A stretch of 63,984 bases of DNA, counting the filler, from Licmophora abbreviata (lineage: Eukaryota): the NCBI GenBank assembly GCA_900291995.1. It is 12 parts of 12 records of this genome, joined end to end, with 100 filler letters (N's around TTAATTAATTAA, not from the genome) between each part and the next. Parts side by side here need not be neighbours in the genome. Positions count along the whole stretch, not along the records: positions 1 to 7,780 come from OLMU01003700.1; positions 7,881 to 22,301 come from OLMU01003701.1; 10 more parts are not named here. One strand, 5' to 3'. The translations under genes and the position numbers were made by a program. This document shows, piece after piece, positions 1-10,843 of this stretch. Below the pieces are notes generated by a model. It worked only from the letters and a program-made list of their open reading frames with translations, searched no databases and was not told the DNA's origin. Numbering within the stretch: position 1 is the first letter of the stretch; the number at the start of each line of letters is the position of its first letter.

Positions 1-67
1 TGTAACGGGTCATACGAGTAGGAAGTATCTCGAAATTTTGGTCGACGCGCTACTGGACTCTTCAGAG

Positions 68-610
68 ATGGACGGTCCCACGGTACCGTTCGCCCCTATG
101 GATCTCGTGTTCTCAAATTGCACCCCGAAAGTTGGAATTGCCTATCATTGCGGGACGATTGGCTACACGGTTGCGTCCCCCGTAGGTGCGCTGTTGAGCG
201 GTTTGGCGAAGCCAATCTTGTTTGCACCCACTCCACTCCTTCGTGTAGTGGCCAATGGAGGATTGATTGTTGGAGCAGCTGCCATGGTGGGTGGACTTAC
301 ATTGTTGGACAGAATCGCTGCGAAAGGAGAAGACGCTTCGCCTCCCTGGAACCAGGACGGCATTCAGCAACGTTTGGACGGACTCTCTCACAATTACAAG
401 GTTCGAGCGCTTGATCTGGGTGCATGGACGGGCCTCGGAATGGGCGCCGTAATTAATGTTATTGGATTCCGACCAGGTGGGTTGAGATTTGTTCAAATGT
501 GCGGCCTGGGAGCTACCGTCGGGAGTCTGTCTGCCATGGCGTTCATCGCCGCAACACTCGACCGCACTCCATCGGTGAACTACAACGACGACAGTGATGG
601 CGAGGAATAG
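68..610 (+). CDS. Hypothetical small membrane protein (Gly-rich hydrophobic helices)
   Basis: ORF with ATG at 68; hydrophobic Gly-rich segments flank a WNQDGIQQRLDGLSHN motif; no family recognised. Confidence 0.6.
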   Translation: MDGPTVPFAPMDLVFSNCTPKVGIAYHCGTIGYTVASPVGALLSGLAKPILFAPTPLLRVVANGGLIVGAAAMVGGLTLLDRIAAKGEDASPPWNQDGIQQRLDGLSHNYKVRALDLGAWTGLGMGAVINVIGFRPGGLRFVQMCGLGATVGSLSAMAFIAATLDRTPSVNYNDDSDGEE

Positions 611-755
611 TGGAGGCTTTGAATCCGCGAAGAAAACTACACCATCGTGTTCGGTACTGTACCACAAGAAGTGCCCCCAATTCTTTTCGATTTAATTTTA
701 GAATAGTGACCCGAGTAGATATGATATAGGTGACGTCTGTGACGCCAAACACAGT

Positions 756-3700
756 CTACATAGAGGTTTTTTTCTCCTCCACATAGCCCCTATTCTCTCC
801 CATCGGCTGGCGTCCTCGAAGGATACGACGAGCAGTCGCCATGCAGTCGTCCAGCTGGGCGCGAACGGATCTCGGTTGCGTTTCCAAATCTTCCTCTATG
901 ATCTTGCCATTGAACGGACGAATGTCTTCCAGCCTGACGGCTCGTCTGCCACCGCTTTCGCCAACGAGCGCCACCAGCATGCGACCCACAGAATGTAAGT
1001 CGCTTGCTAGGCCCTGGTCCTTGACCTCGCACTTCTTTGCCGGCCACCACGGGTAGCCTTCAACCTTAGCCATGCAAAACTCATCTGTAAAACGGACATT
1101 CGCCCATACTTCCGTGGGCTCCGCCTTGGAAGAGGAGGACACGGAGTTCGTCTTGCCGTTGCGAGATCGGGCGCGTCGCTCTTCCTCCTTCTTCCAGACG
1201 CCCACTGCGTGGTCGAGACTATCTCGCTCGTTTTGAATTTTTTCCAGCATGACGGCGGCATGGCGTGCAAAACTCAATGATAGAGCCGACCATCGCGAGA
1301 CCGTCTTGCACGCTTTGATAGCTTCGACCCAGTCGAGACGGTTGGCGTCTTCGTCGCCCTCGAGACTGCCCGTCAACATCATGGCTTCGCCTGATAACAG
1401 CGACGGCAGTTCTTCTTCCTTCTCTTCCATGTCCTCCTCGGCATCAGACTCGTCGTCACTCTCATCGCTGTCCTCCTCGTACCCACCGAAACTATCCAAG
1501 GCAGCCAGTGCGGCATTCTTACATTCTCCCGCGGCGTTGGGATGGTGCAGCAGTAAGGCCGACCGTAGCTTGGCCACGACAGCGGGAAGCTGTGCCTTGC
1601 GGGCGGCAGAAATGGCAGCCACCACAACCTCGCGAATCTGCGTATGGCGTCTCGTGTCCGTGGATCGGAGCGAGCTAATGAGTTTCTTCCACGCTATCTT
1701 TTCCTTCAGCTCTTGCAGTTCTTGCACGCTGTCGGACGTAGTGGACATGTTATCATCGGCATCGTCCGCGTCCCGCGCAGCCATGGCTAGCCCTGTTATC
1801 TCGAGAACACGTTGTTCCAGGTCCAACAGTGGAAACTGCAAAATACAGAATGGATACATGCAAGACGCAAGTTAGGACGCATTGGTATACGCGTCGACAA
1901 AGGATTCTTCAAAGATACTCACACGAAGCAAAGCCACAATCTGCGCAGGCGAAACGCTCGTAAGCGACGAAACAGAAGAAGAGGGACTGTCACCGATGTC
2001 GACCCTTCGGCGTTTCGAGTCGGTTGATGGGTAGGGGCTTTCGCTCGTCATCCGTTTGGACCTGCTGCTGGTGGGGGTTCCGAATGCTGCCCCCGCCTCC
2101 CCCGTCGCCTTTTCTTCTGGACCAAGCAAGAGCGGAGCCGCATTGCTCCATGCGTGAATGAGCTCTTCAAAGTCAGCAATCCATCGATCTCGAGATACAT
2201 CTCTACGCTCCCACGGAACCAAATCCTCACAAAGCTCTTCGATCTTCAACAGCTCCGACACAACCATGCCGACAGCACCTGTTCCGTCAATGTTCCCAGT
2301 GGGGATAAGTTTCGTTGACGGCATGTCTGGTAGATTTCGGGTTACTGACAGCGCCTTCAGTTCGCGGCTGCGACGAGTCTTTCGACCTGCTGCGTCAAAC
2401 TTTTTCATCAGCTGCAATCCTGTGAGTTCTTCATAGTCTGGTACCTCCGGCACCGCAGCAGCGGCGATTTTCATGTCCAGTTCTTCGATGTCTTTTTCGA
2501 CTTCAGACAATTCAATCTGTGGAGGGAGGAAAGCAATCGTTCGCGTGAGAGATGATACAAGAACAGAACATGGAATCCTTGAGTTGAGCTGCTCCTACCT
2601 GTGCACGAGACTGAAGGCGACCACTTCGCCTCTCAGAGATCTCTTCGGCGTCGACCGCGATCTTGGCATTCTCCAACCGACGATCCAGTTCCTCTCGCTC
2701 TTTCTTACGGGCTGCAACGGCATTTCGCTCCTTTATATCGTCATCAAGACTGCGTCTCAGGGAGTAATGGCCCCCAACAGGGCCCAGCAGAGCTTCGTAC
2801 AAGTCATTCTCGCGAGTGCCTCGAATGTCAAGGCTGGCGACGAAATCGTCAAACAACGACTTGGTCTCAAGTACATGCCAGCTCATTCGATTCGCGTGCA
2901 TGTCCTCGGGGACACCGTTAGTCGCCATTGGTGTCGGGCCTTTCAGCATCTCGACATACAGAACTTCCGGATCATGGTTGAAGTAGTAGACCGCGTTCCG
3001 ATGACGATCGAAACCGACAGGCTCCGTCCGCGCCACGAGGTTCCTCAGGCCTTTCTCGTAGGCGTCATGAGCCTTCTGTTGCTCTTTCGTGGCTTTGATC
3101 TGCGTCAGGTGTAAATTACGCAAACCATTAGTCGCTGCTGTAGGAGTGAATACACAACGGGGATCGATCACCACACCATACTTACAAACTGTTTTTTGGT
3201 AGCTGTTGGCTTAAAAGCTGAGACTTTGTTCTCGGCCTTGGGATCTTTCGATTTGTCCTCGTTGTCAACGGCGTCCTCACTGTTCATGAGCTGCTTCCGA
3301 GGCGACGCTTCCTCCTCGCCACTGTTTTTCAGTTCACTCTCCTCTGTTTCCTTACTTTCTGACTTGTCGGCTGCTTTGCTTCGCGATGGCTTCTTCGGAC
3401 CCTCATGCGCAAGGCGAATCTTTCGGAACTGGGAGTCTGCCGATCTTTTCGCTCGAAGCAATTCATACATCTCCTCGTCGCTACAGACGACAAATCGCAA
3501 CACAAATGAGCCGCCTGAGTTGTTCAAAGGTCGCATGACACGTACACGTCTTCAGAACTCACCGATGAGCAATATCTTCTCCTATTTCAGGAATCGTGAC
3601 CAGAATGTCGTCGGTTAGACTTCGAAGCATAGCCATGAGCTCGTCCGCGGTCAGGTTCCAGGGATCCAGCTTGGACAGTTTCTGGTAGGCCTTCGCCAAC

Positions 3701-5193
3701 GATGATCGGGCATCGCCAATGTACGCAACGTATCCATCTGGAAGAGCATCGTTTACCTCTTCGTCGTCGTCAAGCTTCTTCTTGAGCGGTACTGCGGGCG
3801 TCATCGGCACCACCTGGTCGGAAGCTCGCATAAGGTACTGAATGTCGACCTTTCCCGCAGGCAACACATTCGGATCGACTGACGCATTGCTTGAGTAGTA
3901 GTGTTCCATCGTATCCATATATTGAAAGCAAGCTTCAGACCACGAAGCCGGACTCAACCCGGCCGCTAGCTTCGATACGTCTTTCTGCAGCCGCTGCTCT
4001 TGTTTTCCAGCCATGGGCGATGCGTTCACGGAGGTCAAAAGACGTAGGCTCGTGACAAACAAATGACTTAACAAGGGAGGTAGAATTCGCGCCTTTTTGG
4101 CGTTGCCGTTTATCACTTCCTCCACAGCAAATACTAAATGCTTCAAAGAAAAGTCCGGCACAAGAATCTCTCCGTTAGCCATCTGATGGAAGTGTACGTC
4201 ACCGCGGAAAAAGTGGTACACTTGCAACAAATCCGGTACCAAGCCGCGATTTCCGTACTCCAACTGCTCAACCTTGGATGCCCCCAAAATGTTGGACGGT
4301 GTCCGACCTTGCCGCTTTGCGCTATGAAACGGGTGCGTCATGTGGTAGAAATAAGGAAGAGTAGGTCGCTTCTGCACATCTTCAGGAGGCTTCACACCCA
4401 GTTCCTTATCTTCAGCGTGTAACCTGGTATCCTCCATGGGAAACCGACGCTTCTTGAGTCGAGCTGCCCGTTCCTTAACAAGTCTCGCGGCCTCTTCTTC
4501 TTTCGCTCGCTTGGCCAGTAACGCGGCGCGCTCCTCTCCCGACATGCTGGCTTCCTTTTGTTGCCGCTGTCGCTCCGCGTCCTCCTTGCGTTTCTTTTCT
4601 CGCTGTTCTTTCTCAGTTTTTCGCTTTTTCTCCTCTTGCGCCCTCTTCTTGCGCTTCAGCTGATCCTGCTGTTTTTTCCAGTTCGCGTGAACTTTGTAGC
4701 TGTTCTTGAGTTTCAAGAAGCGCTCCTTCTTGACGGCAGCCTTCATTGCGACATTCAATCGACTCCGAAAGGGCTTGCCATCTTCCAAGGTGGGATAGCG
4801 TTCAAGTATCCATTTCTGAATGGAGATCATGCTACTGCCGGTGCGAACGTCCTTCATGTCGACAATCGCGTCGTGGGCCATTTCCACGTAGGACTTTGAA
4901 TTCTTCTTTTTAGAAGGAGTTGCACGCGACTTTGCAGACGCCGTCGTCTGATCGTCATCGTGGTCCTTGGTGTCAGGAGTTGCAACTGATGTCGATGTGG
5001 GAGTCTCGATCTTCTTTTTCTTGGAAGATGAGTTGGGCATGGCCACGTTCTTCACGGCTGGTTTCTTCTTCGTCTTCTTGGCGGTGCTAAGCTTGGAGGC
5101 GGATGATGCACTCTTCGTTTTGATACTCGTCGACACTGGCGTCATCGCTACCTCGACTTCCATCACGTTACTTCCAGCGGCCGGTCGGGGCAT
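756..5193 (-). CDS. Chromatin protein with linker-histone H15, DDT, WHIM1, WSD (WHIM2/3) and PWWP domains (ISWI-accessory-like), about 1366 aa
   Basis: Model complement(join(756..1835,1923..2516,2599..3099,3186..3480,3563..5193)), 4101 nt in frame with four GT-AG introns of 82-87 nt. H15: SYVEMAHDAI...GSSMISIQKWI...KNSYKV. DDT: RFPMED...VPDLLQVYHFF...FSLKHLVFAV. WHIM1: WNLTADELMAMLRSLTDDIL. WSD: EPVGFDRHRNAVYYF...SLDIRGTRENDL. PWWP: MAKVEGYPWWPA. Confidence 0.85.
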
Positions 5194-5980
5194 CTTCGCC
5201 GCCTCGTGTCCGCTAGCATAGTGGCAATCGAACACTGAAATCGTCGCACTAGTACTACTAGCAGTAGTGGGAGTCTCGAGTTTGACGGCAGCCCCCTGAC
5301 CAATGCAGGTTCGCGGAGACAAAAGAGGGGTGAGTCCATGTCGAGAGGAAACCAGACAAATTCAAAACGTGCATACGAAAGCTTTCCCCCATCCGACCCT
5401 GCTTTACAACAAGGAACCACGTGCTACATGCTGCAACCGTGCGGTGTGATGACGCTCCTGTACAAGGTACGGAGCCAGCAGTACTGGAACCATGACGACG
5501 CACAAGGCCAAGTCGCGAGATGAATTCCGCTTTCTGTTCCCTTATTTTTGCCCCTCTCACCTCACTTACTTCTTCCGACATGACTTTAGAACGGTTCTAT
5601 ACACTCAATGACAGCGTTTGATAGATGCAATGCGGATGTTTTGCACCCACCGAGGCCACTGCTAGCTCGTGGATGCTTGAGATTTGCAGGTGAAATCTCG
5701 AAATCTCGAAAACTCAGTTTTGGCGCGCCGCCGTGCACGTTTGATTTTGTACTGAATTTTGTGTACGTAGAAAATGTAGTATCTGGGAACATAAAGCACC
5801 CGGAATGCAAGGATTGCCTCCAAGTTTCAAGTTGACATTCCAAATTCCAAGCTAGAGAGACGAAAGACCATGAGATTTGACACTTGCACCGCCATTGTCG
5901 CCTCGCACCCTTTGACTCTGTCCTTCTCTTCTTTCTACATACAGTCCTCAAACATGAGAAAGACGGTTTCTCAAAGAAGA

Positions 5981-6829
5981 ATGAATAGTTCTGCTGTCTT
6001 TGGTGGTCGTTTATCGCATACGAGCATGTGCTTTGTGTTGGGCAGCATCTTGCTGCGGCTCTGCGTCGCAGTCGCCTTTTCACCCGCTTCGTTCCTACAT
6101 CGCACACTGCACGTTTCGCCCAAGATTTATGAGCGACGCTCCGTCTCATTCAGCTCTAGCGGTGATTCTCACTATGAATTCCTCGGCAAGGGTGTCGATG
6201 CGGTCGTGCGGGAAGGCTGTGTCTTGGTTGCGCCATTGAATGAGTTCAATCACTATTTGTTCAAGAGTGCCGTGTACATTTTCGACATTGGTCACAGTGA
6301 GGAGGACGATGAAGGAGGAAAGATTGTCATTCGGGGTGTTGTGTTGGACAATCCGACGCCCTTTACCATTGGTGAGACACTGAGCAGTAGCAGCACGAGT
6401 GACGACTCCAACAAAAACAACATACGACCACTGGAAGATCATTTGCTTTTTCGAGGAGGTGGTATGGGAAAAGAGGCGATTCTTTGGTTTCATAGTGTAA
6501 AAGAGTTGATGGGTAGTCATGCCGACGAGGAAGAGATTGGAACTTCGGGCGTGTACCGTGGTCGGTCCTTGTCGGAGGCCGTCGATTTACTATTGCGCCA
6601 TCAAAAGGGTGACGAAGTCTATGACATTGCTTCCAACCAGTTCAAGTTTTTCTTCAATTATGTGGAGTTCGGGGAGGATGAGTTGGAAGAGATGTTACAA
6701 GGAGAATCCGATTCGGACGATGCATGGGTGTCGCTTCAAGTGCCACCCAACTTTGTGTTGGACAATAAGTGTGACAAGAACGATTCTTGGATGCGACTCA
6801 GGAATTATATTCAACAGCGAGTGGACTGA
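5981..6829 (+). CDS. DUF179/AlgH(YqgE)-like protein, probably plastid-targeted
   Basis: EGCVLVA...FKSAVYI...GVVLDNPT...LFRGGG...FKFFFNYVEFGEDELEEML...W pattern; hydrophobic N-terminus ending AVAF-SP resembles the diatom ASAFAP cleavage motif. Start at 5981 or 6026. Confidence 0.7.
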   Translation: MNSSAVFGGRLSHTSMCFVLGSILLRLCVAVAFSPASFLHRTLHVSPKIYERRSVSFSSSGDSHYEFLGKGVDAVVREGCVLVAPLNEFNHYLFKSAVYIFDIGHSEEDDEGGKIVIRGVVLDNPTPFTIGETLSSSSTSDDSNKNNIRPLEDHLLFRGGGMGKEAILWFHSVKELMGSHADEEEIGTSGVYRGRSLSEAVDLLLRHQKGDEVYDIASNQFKFFFNYVEFGEDELEEMLQGESDSDDAWVSLQVPPNFVLDNKCDKNDSWMRLRNYIQQRVD

Positions 6830-7084
6830 TGCACCGGGAGTAAGAGTAGGATGGGGATGGAGCATCGAGTTATCACACTAGAGAGGAACAGATAGAGAGC
6901 TAAGCTTACTACCTGGAACGCTAACTTGGGTACCGTAGGTAAAACGTGTCGCGCTTCGAAATTGAAGATTGGACCCGAGTGGAGCAAGATGTCTTAATTC
7001 ATACACCTATTCAGATTCGAATAAAGTATAAAACTTGGCGCGCCAAAACTTCACAGCGGCAAAGGTCGAGTCCGAGGCATCAAG

Positions 7085-7456
7085 ATGTCTCTGACAATGT
7101 CTGCGCTCATTCTTGCTGAGCTGACCATACGATCGTGTCAACGATTTCGATCATTCCAGTACTATTCACGCTCCAGTGGGCAGGCAGCTTTCGCCACCAT
7201 GTATATGAACAATTCGTTTCTCCGGGGCTCACTCTTTCCGACGCGAGAAAGCAAGATCAAACGACAGGAAGAGCGTCTTAAGCGACAAGAGGCCAAGGAG
7301 CGAACTCGCCAAGGCCTCCCTGAACTGAACGAAGACGATGATGAGACGAAGGAACAGGCTGGACAGGATGAGAAGATGAAGAAAGTGGAAGAACCTCCGC
7401 CACCGGGCTGTTGTGGTTTCTTCAAGCGGGCGGGCCGTACGGCGCTTGGAGAGTAG
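7085..7456 (+). CDS. Small hypothetical protein (coiled coil, C-terminal PPPPGCC motif); 5' structure uncertain
   Basis: Charged coding-like region 7160-7456; CAG acceptor at about 7159 suggests an upstream exon. Confidence 0.4.
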   Translation: MSLTMSALILAELTIRSCQRFRSFQYYSRSSGQAAFATMYMNNSFLRGSLFPTRESKIKRQEERLKRQEAKERTRQGLPELNEDDDETKEQAGQDEKMKKVEEPPPPGCCGFFKRAGRTALGE

Positions 7457-7780
7457 TCGAATGACGCTTCGCTCTTGGCTTGTACGGCATCGTTTGCTAC
7501 TCTTTGGGGTCTGTGTATGGGAGAAACAACCAACCAACGAACTCACTCCTGGAAAAATGACGAAGGGCTAAGGAGCGAATTGACTGGTTTCGCCCCACTG
7601 TGCATGGAATGCCGCGGCACTAGTATGGAAATGAGTGAAGCGTGGAGAGATGTTCGCCGACACGAGCTTAGAGACTGTAGTATGTCATCTCTCCTTTTGC
7701 CGTTCTCTTTCTGTAGAGATCGTTCATAAATTGAAATAGTCCTCTAGAGGAACGTTTCGTTATATTAGTTCGTTCTCAGT

Positions 7781-7880
7781 NNNNNNNNNNNNNNNNNNNN
7801 NNNNNNNNNNNNNNNNNNNNNNNNTTAATTAATTAANNNNNNNNNNNNNNNNNNNNNNNNNNNNNNNNNNNNNNNNNNNN
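7781..7880. other. Artificial contig spacer N44-TTAATTAATTAA-N44 (first of 11)
   Basis: Identical 100-nt linkers carrying multi-frame stop codons at 7781, 22302, 35137, 46488, 48216, 49584, 51011, 55971, 58521, 59860 and 62823. Confidence 0.98.
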
Positions 7881-8466
7881 GTACAACGCTAACCTACCAT
7901 ACAAAGAACGACATCCTCAGGCAACTCATGGCATGTCAAATGCAACTTTCGAAAGATACCTTGCAGGCGGCGACCCACATTATCTCCATCGGTGGCTAGC
8001 TACAGTGGTGAAGAAGTACGTTTTGTACACCGGGAGTACTGCTGGCTCAAGGGGCGACTGAAATCATGGAAAAGAGGGAAACGGCGTCTGACGTTCAAGC
8101 TATGCTACGATACAGATTTCAGATTGTGTATCATGGCTGCTGGTGCGGTGTTCAGTGTTCAAGTCTTGGGTCTTCGGTTCACTGCTCGAGCGCAAAATTT
8201 AAGACTCATAATTATACAGTGCTATTAAAATCGATGACGATTGATCATCTTTATGTCTAGAAGGCCCAACGCGATTGCAAGATTCCTTGAAAAGTCTCGC
8301 GTTGTGCCGAAAGTCACCACGTGCGCTCTTGTTATTTTTTTGGAATCCACACCTTGAAGTCAAACGTCGCGTTTCTGTGCATTACAGGAGTGAAGTAGGC
8401 GTTTCTCGTCTTCTTCTGCCTCAGTTTAACATTTTTATCTCTCAAAACAATTCTTGACTAGTCCCC

Positions 8467-10116
8467 ATGCCCCAGATGGACTCAAATCCCCCAGAAATTG
8501 CCGTTTTAAGGGAAGACATTGACTCGAATCGTGCTAGTCTAAGTAGTACGGGTACTACGGACACCCTCACAATGGTTTCATCCGCACAAGAAGAACAGGA
8601 AGATCCTGGTCAGGACATCGAGAACCCTCGTGATACAGATGTCCTCGGTGGTCGCGGCGGAAAGGCTCTTCGCCATCCCGGCAACCAGACGTATCGACGA
8701 TTGGTCACTCTGAACAAGGGCCTCTACGCCACCTGTCTCAAATCGGAAAAGCTCAAAATCAGCAAGAGCATCGTGGCTGCCATACGCGACCAGAACGGCC
8801 GGTTCCTCGAGAAGAAGCGCAAAAGCGACAAGTGGTATGACATTGGCGACAAGAAGGCTGTCGAAAAAACTTCCCAGGCCTTGAGGGAGGATCAGCCCAA
8901 AACGAAAAAGATTATTCAAGAGCTCGGCGGTGGCGCCGTGGGGGCGCAAGCCTTGTTGGAATCCCAATTGGCGGAAGAGCGATTGCAGGCGCAGACGCGC
9001 CTCTCGGCGTCGGGGGTGCTGGGAGGAATTACGGGCGGCGCCATGCAGGCGGCCAACAGCATGAGCGGAGCTGTGCCAGGAAATCTTTCGGACATGCAGT
9101 ATCCCAGCATGGATGCGAACGAACTGGCGGCTGCGGCCGGATTTCCTCCCATGGATTCCCACCATATGAGCGGTCGTTTCTTGCAGCCCATGTCGCCGGA
9201 TGCTCTTTCGCAGCTCCCCCATGAACGACAGTTCTCACTCTCCGACGTCGATTTGCCCTATGAAGCTGGTGGTGGGGACGGCCCGCCTCCGATGCCCCCT
9301 ATTGGGATGCGTAACGTCAGTATGGAACTATACAAAATGGGGCTCTCCGAGCCTCCAATCGATGAAGAGGATGAAAGGAAACTGCACCCACAGTCGCGTT
9401 CATACGAGGAAGAACAGGAGGGCGACGACGTGATGGCTACCGCTGTAAGACTTCGTCCTTCACTAACGAAAAAGGGCTCGGCGGTTCGAGAGGAACTGGG
9501 CATGGCGTCGGCTCAGATGAGCTCGATGAGTCTCATGTCAGATTTCAGTACCATGAGTCTCGACGAAGAGTCGAAGCGAATCAACTCGTTGGTGCGAGAA
9601 TTCGGATTGGATCCAGCGTCTTCGTTGACGCCTAAGAACTCCTTGACGCAGCAGTCGTCTGGGAGGATGGACCGGCGCAAGATGTTCGCGCACACCAAGG
9701 CGAAACTTCCTGCTTCTGAATTATCCGACGGCATGCCCGAGATTCATCTCGTCGAAAGCAACAACACGGCCATCAGCCGCATGTCTGCGGTCGCTATGGC
9801 CGCAGCGGGCGAGGACGGAAGGCTTGACTCATTTAAAGTGCCGTCGGTGACAAATAGCAAAGTCGGTGACGTAGTTTGCGAAAGCCGTCGCAGTATTATG
9901 AGTGGATTGTCCCGCATCTCGGATAATTCTGAGGTTCAGTCCACCTTTTCGGATTTGTCGCGAAAGATTGGCAATGTCTCGACGAGGTCCATGGCGATGG
10001 ACGATATCAGCCTCATGGATGGAGCGCCAGATGATGGCCCGGACTCTCGTGTTCAGACTCCAACCCTTTCAGCGCCGAAGCCATCCTTGACCATGGATTA
10101 TGAATTCGGGATGTGA
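8467..10116 (+). CDS. DUF6824-domain protein (diatom-expanded family) with long Ser/Met-rich disordered tail
   Basis: PRDTDVLGGRGG...HPGNQTYRRLV...KISKSIVAAIR...GRFLEK...WYDIGDKKAVEKTSQALRE; single exon, 549 aa. Confidence 0.85.
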   Translation: MPQMDSNPPEIAVLREDIDSNRASLSSTGTTDTLTMVSSAQEEQEDPGQDIENPRDTDVLGGRGGKALRHPGNQTYRRLVTLNKGLYATCLKSEKLKISKSIVAAIRDQNGRFLEKKRKSDKWYDIGDKKAVEKTSQALREDQPKTKKIIQELGGGAVGAQALLESQLAEERLQAQTRLSASGVLGGITGGAMQAANSMSGAVPGNLSDMQYPSMDANELAAAAGFPPMDSHHMSGRFLQPMSPDALSQLPHERQFSLSDVDLPYEAGGGDGPPPMPPIGMRNVSMELYKMGLSEPPIDEEDERKLHPQSRSYEEEQEGDDVMATAVRLRPSLTKKGSAVREELGMASAQMSSMSLMSDFSTMSLDEESKRINSLVREFGLDPASSLTPKNSLTQQSSGRMDRRKMFAHTKAKLPASELSDGMPEIHLVESNNTAISRMSAVAMAAAGEDGRLDSFKVPSVTNSKVGDVVCESRRSIMSGLSRISDNSEVQSTFSDLSRKIGNVSTRSMAMDDISLMDGAPDDGPDSRVQTPTLSAPKPSLTMDYEFGM

Positions 10117-10843
10117 GTCGCTGGGGACTGTGATGCAATGGGGTGCTTGAATGGGAGAAATGGGACCATTAACCGTTTTTTGAGTGCTTACCGGTACATA
10201 CTAAGTAGTTGCACGATTTTCAATAAGTGACGTAGCTATGTTCAGATTTGTGTTAGGAACATCTGCAACGTTGAGCTGCAGAATGGATCATCTATTGGCA
10301 TTTGTACCCGTTTTATTAATATCGTAGATTCGATTGTTGGGGTTGTAGACCCAAGATGTGAAGTTAGTCATTTTAGCTGTCGACCTCCAGTCTCGAGTTG
10401 CGAGCAACTTGTCTGCCCACTTGGCCACTAGTCTTGAAGAGACAACTCCTACCTCCCGGGGATGCCAAACCTCAATATATCCGATGCTTTGGTCGGCACA
10501 CAACCGAACAATACACCCATAACATAGAGTATGGTCGAGCGCTAAACTCGCTTTCGTAGGCTCGTCGCGACCAAGAGCTCTACGAACTTTCTTTTACAGC
10601 CGTACCAGGTAGCTCGTCGAAGGATGCCGTTCCTTCCGATTGACATTCTCGGCAATATTTCTTCTATGCAGATATGATAATCAGATTTGAGATTTGAACT
10701 TGGTATCGCCAAACAACCGTCGTTTTGCCACGAACGCATCGCCATCCGGCGACCTTATCATACAGTCACGCTAGATTCGGGAGTGTTGTTTTCTCAAAAC
10801 ACAGATACTGTCATCATCAGTACATCTCTAGAGGGGCGCTGAA

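Noticed and set aside
1249..3618. Long + strand ORFs (1249..1875, 2473..3114, 3196..3618)
   Set aside because: Antisense shadows of the chromatin gene's exons, with no motifs.
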